In this document: piece after piece, positions 1 to 6,336 of the stretch
Position numbering within the stretch: position 1 is the first letter of the stretch
Layout: every line of letters begins with the position of its first letter
NCBI GenBank assembly: GCA_031409655.1
Contig: JANNXQ010000056.1
Coordinates: 1-20,852, forward strand
DNA length: 20,852 bases
Direction of reading: 5' to 3'
DNA from: Chthoniobacteraceae bacterium
GTDB lineage: Bacteria > Verrucomicrobiota > Verrucomicrobiia > Chthoniobacterales > Chthoniobacteraceae
Position numbers and translations under genes: made by a program
Notes under the pieces: generated by a model
Told to the model about the DNA's origin: nothing
Seen by the model: the letters and a program-made list of their open reading frames with translations, nothing else
Database searches by the model: none

Positions 1-1622
1 GCGATCTCGACGATGCGGACCAGGGCGATCCGCTGCGTCTCCGTGAGCACGGACCAATCCATCGACTCCAGCGCCGCAAGGATGCGCTGCTGCATGACCT
101 TATCCGCAGCAGGACTGCCTTCCGGCCGATGAAATGGGCAGACGCCGGTAGAGCGCACCAGCGCGAGGAGCGCCTCAAGCCGCGCGGTCGCATTCGTTTC
201 GCTGACGGCTTTCTCGGCCCATTGCGCCACTGGCTGATGCTCGATGGCAATGCGGGCAGCGGTGCGGAGAAAACGATCGTCGCTCGAGAGATGCGGCCAG
301 GCTTTCTCGATCGCGCCAGCATCTTCCCGCCCATGGAAGGCTTCGAGTTCATGCCGGAGCGCTCGCTCCCTGGCGCCCACCGCGTTCGCCGTCTTTGCAA
401 TCGGTGTGGTGGCATCGGGACCCTTGTAAGTCACCCGATAAAACGCGGACTGTACCTTCCGGCCCCCAGCGCAGAAATACATCGCGCCGTCCGCGGGATG
501 GATGATGGCATCGGCGACGGCCAGCGGTGCCCCGGTAAGGAACTCTTCCTTCGTTGCAGTGTAACTCGAACCACTCGGCGCCAAGTGAACGGCGTGGATC
601 TTACCGCGGCTCCAGTCCAGGATATACATCGCATCCTGATACTTCGCCGGGAACTTTGCGCCGTAACCGAAAGTAACTCCCGTGGGTGAGCCTGGGCCGA
701 TGGGGATCACCGGCGGCAGGTTATCCGGGTAAAACTCTGGGTACTTACCCGCGCCATTGCGCCAGCCCCACTCGCCACCGCTCGTCACGTGGCAGATCCG
801 CGTAGGGCGGTACCACGACGTATTAAAGTCGTACTCCATGTCGGCGTCGTAGGTGAAGAGCTCACCGTCGCGATTAAAGCCGCCGTCGAAAATATTCCGG
901 AAGCCAGTCGCCCACGCGTCGAACCTTTTCCCATCCAGCGAAACCCGATAGATGATCCCGCCGGGTCCCATGACGTCGCGCATAAAGCCGCGGCCATCGG
1001 GCATCCGCGGCAGGAGATGATCTTCGCCAAAGTGCTTCGGCGCGATCCAGGTGCTGATGTCGGTCGGCTTAGCCCCATTGCCCGTAATGTAGAAGATGGA
1101 CTTCCCATCGGGCGCCAAGTGCAGGGAATGCACGCCATGGTCGTTTTTCGAAGCGATGTCGCGCAGCAGTTCCACCTTATCCAGCTTGTCGTCCCCATCG
1201 GAATCAGTGAGGCGGTAGAGTCCATTGGTGATCTTGGCCTCGTAATCATTCACTGAGACAAAGAGGGCGTCGCCAAACCAGAGCATCCCATTCACGCCGC
1301 GGATCGGCGCGGGCACCGGCTCGACGCTGGCCGGATCGAGCGGCTGGCCCGGCGCGGGCGCAGCGAAGCGGAAGAGTCCACCATATTGATCGCTGGCGAG
1401 GATGCGGCCCTTGCCATCAAGCGCGAGATTCACCCACGAGCCGTGCGTCTCAAAGGGGACGGTGTAAAGCAGCTCTGCCTGAAAGCCGGGAAGGAGTCGC
1501 AGCGTGGAGGCGGGCCGCACGGAATCAGGAGCGCCCACGCCTGCGGAGGAGGACTTCTTCGCCGGAGCGGCGTGGAGGGTGGCGACGCCGAGCGTGGCGA
1601 GGAGGAAGATTCGGAGGTGCAT
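1..1622 (-). CDS. Secreted PVC-type putative membrane-bound dehydrogenase / glucose-sorbosone-dehydrogenase-like beta-propeller protein with HEAT-like region (3' end runs off the window)
   Basis: Missing from the ORF track because it has no stop in the window. Manual translation from ATG 1622 gives signal peptide MHLRIFLLATLGVATLHAAP, then LPGFQAELLY..GSWVNLALDGKGRILASDQYGGL..DSDGDDKLD..DHGVH..GFRNIFD..GELFTYDADMEYDFNTSWYRPTRI..GWRNG..GPGSPTG..LSSDDRFLRTAARIAIE. These motifs are typical of PVC heme-binding dehydrogenase-like proteins. No CxxCH motif is visible within the window. Confidence 0.82.
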   Translation of the reverse strand, partial: MHLRIFLLATLGVATLHAAPAKKSSSAGVGAPDSVRPASTLRLLPGFQAELLYTVPFETHGSWVNLALDGKGRILASDQYGGLFRFAAPAPGQPLDPASVEPVPAPIRGVNGMLWFGDALFVSVNDYEAKITNGLYRLTDSDGDDKLDKVELLRDIASKNDHGVHSLHLAPDGKSIFYITGNGAKPTDISTWIAPKHFGEDHLLPRMPDGRGFMRDVMGPGGIIYRVSLDGKRFDAWATGFRNIFDGGFNRDGELFTYDADMEYDFNTSWYRPTRICHVTSGGEWGWRNGAGKYPEFYPDNLPPVIPIGPGSPTGVTFGYGAKFPAKYQDAMYILDWSRGKIHAVHLAPSGSSYTATKEEFLTGAPLAVADAIIHPADGAMYFCAGGRKVQSAFYRVTYKGPDATTPIAKTANAVGARERALRHELEAFHGREDAGAIEKAWPHLSSDDRFLRTAARIAIEHQPVAQWAEKAVSETNATARLEALLALVRSTGVCPFHRPEGSPAADKVMQQRILAALESMDWSVLTETQRIALVRIVEI

Positions 1623-1638
1623 GAATGGAGTGCGACGA

Positions 1639-3009
1639 TTACCGCGCAGAAGGGAGAACCTTTGCAACCTTACTCTGCAATATCACCCACGCCGCGAGCG
1701 GCGGGAGGGCGACGAAGGCGCGGGTGAGAAGATTCGGCTGCCACGCGGTCCAGAGCGGCGTCGTCTCCCAGAGAAGCAAGGAGGAAAGCGCGCTGAGCGA
1801 AAGGATGGTCCAGGCGTGCTGTCCGCGCCAGACGGCGAAGGGGAGAATCCACGTGACATACCACGGATGGAGCACGGGACTGAGGAGCAGCGCGGCGCCG
1901 AGCACCCAGAGCGCGGCACGCGGCCAATCGTCGCGCAGCTTCCACGCGCAGATCGCGACGACGATCGAAAGGACCAGCGTGAAGGGCCAGTTGCGCCCGA
2001 AAGGATTCGGACGCGTGAGGCTTTCGAGGAAACCCCAGACGAGGTCGTTGAAACGCGAGACTTCGGCGAAGGCGAGGAGCGGACGGAAGACGATGGCGGG
2101 ACCGCCGAACGGGATGCTCAGGAGCAAGGGAATGGCGACGGCGAGCACGAGCACCGGCGCCCGGCGGCGCAGCGCAAAGGCCCAGACGGGAAGGAGGAAG
2201 ATGGGCACCAACTTCAGGGCGATGGCCATCCCGAGGCCCACGGCGCTGAGGATGGCGAGGCGCCACGGACTTAGTGTGGGAGGGACACGCTCCGTCGTGT
2301 CTCCCGCAGCCGGGGTAAGTTTGGAACACGACGGAGCGTGTCCCTCCAGCTTGACCAACGCCAGGACGCTCGCGGTCAGGGCGAGCAGCATCAGGCTGTC
2401 GAAATGGCCGGCTCCCGCGAAAGCGTAAATGACGGCGGGATTCCACGCATACCAGGCGACCGAATGCGCAGGCGGGCTGCCGCGACTTTGCACCAAGGCG
2501 AGTAACAGCGCGACGGTGAACAGATCCGCGAAGATGAAGGCCAGCTTGAAAAAATAGGCATTGGGAGAAAGGCGCGCCAGACCGGCGAGGATGATCTCGG
2601 CGAGCGGTGGATAGATCGCCGGGGAATCCTCGTGATTGATCTTCTCGCAATCCGCGTTGCGCAGCGGAGCGAGTTCCGGCGCGGAGGGCGCGAGCAGATA
2701 CGGATTTTGGCCCGCGAGCTGGACGCGGCCTTCCCAAAGGTAGCGCCAGAGATCGTCGCCAGGCGGCGTGGGCAGCGCCATCACGCGCAGCGCGATGCAG
2801 GGGATCCAGAGGAGCTTCGCGGGAGATGCCGAGGGAGTTCCGGGAAAGGTCACAACGGCCACGAGAAAGCAAACGCCGGCCAGGAGGAGCAGCGGCACGA
2901 AATGCAGCGCATTTCCCGCGACTGAAAGGTCTCCGAAGCGCACCGCCAGCCCGAGGCATGTGGCCTCGCCGACCAATGCCGCGACGAGCAGCGCGAGGCG
3001 CGGGTTCAC
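1639..3009 (-). CDS. Polytopic GT-C-fold glycosyltransferase (GT87/DUF2029-like, lipid-phosphate-sugar dependent)
   Basis: Start reassigned to GTG 3009, which overlaps the upstream TGA (GTGA). Motifs DDLWRYLWEGRVQLAGQNPY, IYPP, YAWNP, GHFD, K-x-x-P and HPWY, plus many hydrophobic helices. Confidence 0.85.
   Translation of the reverse strand: MNPRLALLVAALVGEATCLGLAVRFGDLSVAGNALHFVPLLLLAGVCFLVAVVTFPGTPSASPAKLLWIPCIALRVMALPTPPGDDLWRYLWEGRVQLAGQNPYLLAPSAPELAPLRNADCEKINHEDSPAIYPPLAEIILAGLARLSPNAYFFKLAFIFADLFTVALLLALVQSRGSPPAHSVAWYAWNPAVIYAFAGAGHFDSLMLLALTASVLALVKLEGHAPSCSKLTPAAGDTTERVPPTLSPWRLAILSAVGLGMAIALKLVPIFLLPVWAFALRRRAPVLVLAVAIPLLLSIPFGGPAIVFRPLLAFAEVSRFNDLVWGFLESLTRPNPFGRNWPFTLVLSIVVAICAWKLRDDWPRAALWVLGAALLLSPVLHPWYVTWILPFAVWRGQHAWTILSLSALSSLLLWETTPLWTAWQPNLLTRAFVALPPLAAWVILQSKVAKVLPSAR
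2279..2347. repeat. REP-doublet (REPIN)-like inverted repeat inside the GT-C CDS
   Basis: GGAGGGACACGCTCCGTCGTGT (2279-2300) and its exact reverse complement ACACGACGGAGCGTGTCCCTCC (2326-2347), 25-bp spacer. Each arm starts with GGAG and is itself a small hairpin (ACACG..CGTGT). Confidence 0.85.
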
Positions 3010-5618
3010 GCGGGGGGCGCCGGCTTGCTCGCGGAGCCGAAGACGCGCAGGAGTTCGCAATGCCCGGCAGCCGCGATCGCCAGATCCGCCACCCGGCGTT
3101 TCAGCCGCAGGGCGCGGGAGACCAGCCAGAAGGCCCAGACAAAGAAGAGCGCCCACGGGACGATGTCGGCATTGTGCGTAAAAATCTGCCGATAGAGTAA
3201 GGCGAGCAGCACCACGGCATTGATGAGCACAGTAGTCACGACGGGCCGGAGGCGCAGGCGCAGGCGCGTCAGACACTTCGGTCCTCCGTGATATTCCGTC
3301 ACCGTGCTGAGCTGGACGCTCCAAAACTGATGTCCGTAGATCTGCACGTCCCAATCCTTCCACCCCGTATCTGTGGAGTAACTCCAGCCTTCATTTTCGA
3401 GTAACGAAAAGACCTCGGTGATCAACTGCTCCCTCCCCTGCCCCGTCTCATTCCAGAAATCGAGCTTCGAGCTGCTGCCGCCCGCGCTCCGAGCGGGCAG
3501 ATCCTCTTCCGGCTTGGCGATCACTCCCCGCGGGGTGTGCTTGTATTTGAGCCAGGTAAAGTAACGCGCCCAGCCGCGGCCGATGGGCTGCATGAAGGCG
3601 AGGAAAGCGACGAGTAACCGCGCACGAACGGTATCGAACTTCGGCTCGATGCGCGCGCTGAGCATGTAACTCAGGGCGACGACAAACGTCCCGAGGAACA
3701 TGAGCAGCGGGACCATGCGCAGCTTTTCCAGCGGAATGCCGAGCACGGCCATGAAGGCCGTGAGCGCCACCCATTCAATACTGGAAAGATAAGCCGCCAC
3801 CTCGCTCTGCGCGACGGGATAGATGGATTGGAAAAGGCCGTGACCGAAGACGCCGTGATAGATGATGGGTTTGTTGAGCAGCCAGTTGAATCGCGGCGTG
3901 CCATAGATCTGGCCCTTCCACTTCGCCGTGCCAGTGGGGCCGAAGAAGATGAGATGTTTAAAGCGCAGCATCGACTCCGCTTCACCGTAACCCTCCTGTT
4001 GCTTGCGGAAGGCCTTCATGGTGAAGCGCCGGTAGTGCCAGACGATGGCGCTCGGGGAAAAGGCGATCACCCCGCCATTGGTCTGGAGCCGCCAGCAGAA
4101 ATCCACGTCGTCGCCCGCCTTGCGATACTCGGTGTCGAAGCCGCCCACGCTCTCAAAGGCCGCGCGATGGAAGGCCATATTGCAGCCGGGGATGTGCTCC
4201 GCGACGACATCCGTGAGCAGCACGTGGCTCGGCCCGCCGGGCGCGGCGGCGACGGCGGCCTGGATCCAACTGGCCGCAGGCGGCGCGATATTTGGCCCGC
4301 CCACCCCGACGTAGTCTCCGCTGATCAGCGTGCCGACGAGATAGTAGAGCCAGTCCGGATCAGCCATGCAGTCGCTGTCGGTGTAGGCAAAGACTTCACC
4401 CGTGGCCGCATGGGCACCGGCATTGCGCGCATAGCTCAGGCCCATGTTTGGCTGCACGATGCTGATGAAACCTGGCAGACCATCGCGCCCGCCGCGCGCA
4501 TTCTGCCAGGACTCCACGATCTCCTGCGTGTGATCCTTGGAGCCATCGTCCACGAGGACGATTTCAAAGTCGGGATAAGACACCTTATCGAGCGACTCCA
4601 GACATTCGCGCAAAGTGTGTCCGCCATTATACGAACAAACGATGACGCTGACTCTGGGGTAACGTGGCAACTTCACCCGCTGCGTGATGCACCCGGCGCA
4701 GCTCATGTATTCCTTGAGCGCTTGGAAGGCCTTCTTCGGCTGCCGGTCGCGCGTCACGAGGCCGAAGGCCCAGTCCGTGATGTCGTGCCCACCGGTGAAC
4801 CATTCGTCCGTCCAGGCAAAGAAGATCGTCCCCGCAGCGCCGCCGCGCACCACGCTTTCCAGATGCCAGGAGAGCACCTCCACCTGCTGCTCTTCGGTCT
4901 TGCGGATGGTATCGAGGCCAAATTCTCCGAAGATCAGCGGCCGGTCCTCGGCGAGATTTTGCAAGCGCGCGAGGTACTTCTCAAAGTCATTCTGCCGCTC
5001 CAGATAGACATTGAAGGAGCAGAAATCCACATTTGCCGGGAGTAAGTACTCCGTGGGCGGGTAACTCGCGTAACTAAACAGCGGTCGCGGATCCGTGGCC
5101 CGCGAGACCCGGATCAGCTTCTCCACAAACTCCACCACCCGCCGCGCCCCGAGCCAGCGGACCATCGTCGTCGGGATTTCATTGCCCACGAGATAGGCGA
5201 AGATCGCCGCGTGCCCGCGATTCTGCGCCACGCCGGCGCGGATCGTCTCGATGATCTGCCGCCGCATCGCGGGTTGATTGAGAAATTCGATGTGCTCGGC
5301 CCAGGGGATCGAGATCAGCACCCGCAGATGGAACTGCTGGGCGAGATCCAGGAACCAGCGCGGCGGGATGTGATAGATGCGCAGGAGATTGATCCCGAGT
5401 TCCTGCATGAGGGTAAAATCTTTCCGCGCCTTCTCCGGATCGCCCACAAAATCCCCCACCTCATCCGGCGCAAAAGGCCCGTAGGTCACGCCCTTGATGA
5501 ACCATTTCCTTTCCCCCTCGAAGAAGAATTTCGCCCGCACGCGGATGGGCTCCAACTCTGGAAGGGGCGCCGGCGGGGGCAGATCCGTCGGGGCGATGGG
5601 CGCTAAAGTCTCAGGCAT
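3006..5618 (-). CDS. Bifunctional protein: N-terminal clan GH-A (GH2/GH5-like) TIM-barrel glycoside hydrolase + GT2 glycosyltransferase + C-terminal membrane region
   Basis: GH part: KGVTYGPF, GINLLRIY, VGNE (acid/base), FGEFG (nucleophile), WTDEW. GT2 part: VSVIVCSYN, VDDGSKD, GLSYARNAG, YTDSD (DxD), GCNMAF, GGFD, GDDVD. Transmembrane helices follow. Confidence 0.9.
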   Translation of the reverse strand: MPETLAPIAPTDLPPPAPLPELEPIRVRAKFFFEGERKWFIKGVTYGPFAPDEVGDFVGDPEKARKDFTLMQELGINLLRIYHIPPRWFLDLAQQFHLRVLISIPWAEHIEFLNQPAMRRQIIETIRAGVAQNRGHAAIFAYLVGNEIPTTMVRWLGARRVVEFVEKLIRVSRATDPRPLFSYASYPPTEYLLPANVDFCSFNVYLERQNDFEKYLARLQNLAEDRPLIFGEFGLDTIRKTEEQQVEVLSWHLESVVRGGAAGTIFFAWTDEWFTGGHDITDWAFGLVTRDRQPKKAFQALKEYMSCAGCITQRVKLPRYPRVSVIVCSYNGGHTLRECLESLDKVSYPDFEIVLVDDGSKDHTQEIVESWQNARGGRDGLPGFISIVQPNMGLSYARNAGAHAATGEVFAYTDSDCMADPDWLYYLVGTLISGDYVGVGGPNIAPPAASWIQAAVAAAPGGPSHVLLTDVVAEHIPGCNMAFHRAAFESVGGFDTEYRKAGDDVDFCWRLQTNGGVIAFSPSAIVWHYRRFTMKAFRKQQEGYGEAESMLRFKHLIFFGPTGTAKWKGQIYGTPRFNWLLNKPIIYHGVFGHGLFQSIYPVAQSEVAAYLSSIEWVALTAFMAVLGIPLEKLRMVPLLMFLGTFVVALSYMLSARIEPKFDTVRARLLVAFLAFMQPIGRGWARYFTWLKYKHTPRGVIAKPEEDLPARSAGGSSSKLDFWNETGQGREQLITEVFSLLENEGWSYSTDTGWKDWDVQIYGHQFWSVQLSTVTEYHGGPKCLTRLRLRLRPVVTTVLINAVVLLALLYRQIFTHNADIVPWALFFVWAFWLVSRALRLKRRVADLAIAAAGHCELLRVFGSASKPAPPA

Positions 5619-5630
5619 GAAAAGGCGACT

Positions 5631-5659
5631 CTTCTACCGCCCCGCCCCGCGCTCGGCAA
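5631..5659 (-). promoter_or_regulatory. Putative sigma70-type promoter of the GH/GT2 operon
   Basis: Minus strand TTGCCG-N17-TAGAAG, ending 12 nt before ATG 5618. Confidence 0.5.
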
Positions 5660-5712
5660 GCGATGCGCGCGTGAATGGATTCCGCGGGCTCTGGGATTTC
5701 ACGGAGCGGAGT

Positions 5713-5809
5713 ACCACAGATGACCCGATCCCACCGACGCCAGGGATGGGACGAGGGAATGCGGACCGCCTTTTTCGAGTCGGGTGATCTGCGGTCGTCC
5801 CTCGGCGTC
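5713..5809. repeat. Degenerate intergenic inverted-repeat element
   Basis: ACCACAGATGACCCGA (5713-5728) matches the reverse complement of TCGGGTGATCTGCGGT (5780-5795) at 14 of 16 positions. A second pair is GACGCCAGGGA / TCCCTCGGCGTC. Confidence 0.5.
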
Positions 5810-5872
5810 ATCCGCGAGTTTCACGGGAGCTTGCTAAGATTTCGCCACTCCCGGAGTCTATCGCCCCGAGTG

Positions 5873-6136
5873 ATGTTTGAAGATGTCTGGTTCAATTATC
5901 GTTTCTGCGTGCAGACGGTTCGCGTCGGCGGGAAGCGGCGCTATCAGCTCCGGATCGGCCTGGCTGGCGATGCGGACGATGAGCTTGTCCCCGTGCATCG
6001 GAGCGCCTTTGCCAAGCATCTGCGGCTGAAAGCCACCCACCCGAGCGAGGAGACCGCGCAGGCGGAATTTACCGAACTCATCGCCTGGCTGAACAGCCGC
6101 AGCGAAGCCCGTATCATCGCCCAACTCGCGGCTTAG
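5873..6136 (+). CDS. Small hypothetical protein (about 87 aa)
   Basis: MFEDVWFNYRFCVQTVRVGGKRRYQLRIGL..EETAQAEFTELIAWLN.. has protein-like composition and GC-rich third positions. The upstream part of the 153-aa ORF overlaps a repeat and looks non-coding. Start uncertain (5870 or 5873). Confidence 0.6.
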   Translation: MFEDVWFNYRFCVQTVRVGGKRRYQLRIGLAGDADDELVPVHRSAFAKHLRLKATHPSEETAQAEFTELIAWLNSRSEARIIAQLAA

Positions 6137-6271
6137 CGGCACGGGTCGGTGGCGGAAGATCGTCTCGGCAAAATAATCCGCCACGCGCTTCGGAGCCTCC
6201 GTGGAGTCCGGCCCTGGGCTCGGAAGAAGCTCCAGAAGTCGGCCTAAGAAAATAATACGTGTAAGTATCAT

Positions 6272-6300
6272 TTGACATCCCCAAGCCCTTTTTCTATCAC
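6272..6300 (+). promoter_or_regulatory. Sigma70-type promoter of the PQQ-like propeller gene
   Basis: Perfect -35 TTGACA (6272-6277), N17, TATCAC (6295-6300), with an AT-rich tract upstream. Confidence 0.65.
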
Positions 6301-6336
6301 CGCCGCAATTCGGCTTCTCCCGCCTTTTTCCCGACT

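Noticed and set aside
129..1256. Several short ORFs listed in the track
   Set aside because: They are shadows of the long minus-strand CDS starting at 1622, which the track missed because it has no stop in the window.
3010..3363. N-terminal extension of the GT-C ORF (574 aa)
   Set aside because: It overlaps the GH/GT2 gene. GTG 3009 gives a GTGA coupling and a hydrophobic N-terminus.
3828..5045. 405-aa plus-strand ORF, and similar antisense ORFs at 10384-11502, 17041-17931, 19549-20601 and 6268-7236
   Set aside because: Each lies opposite a gene with clear family motifs and has none of its own.
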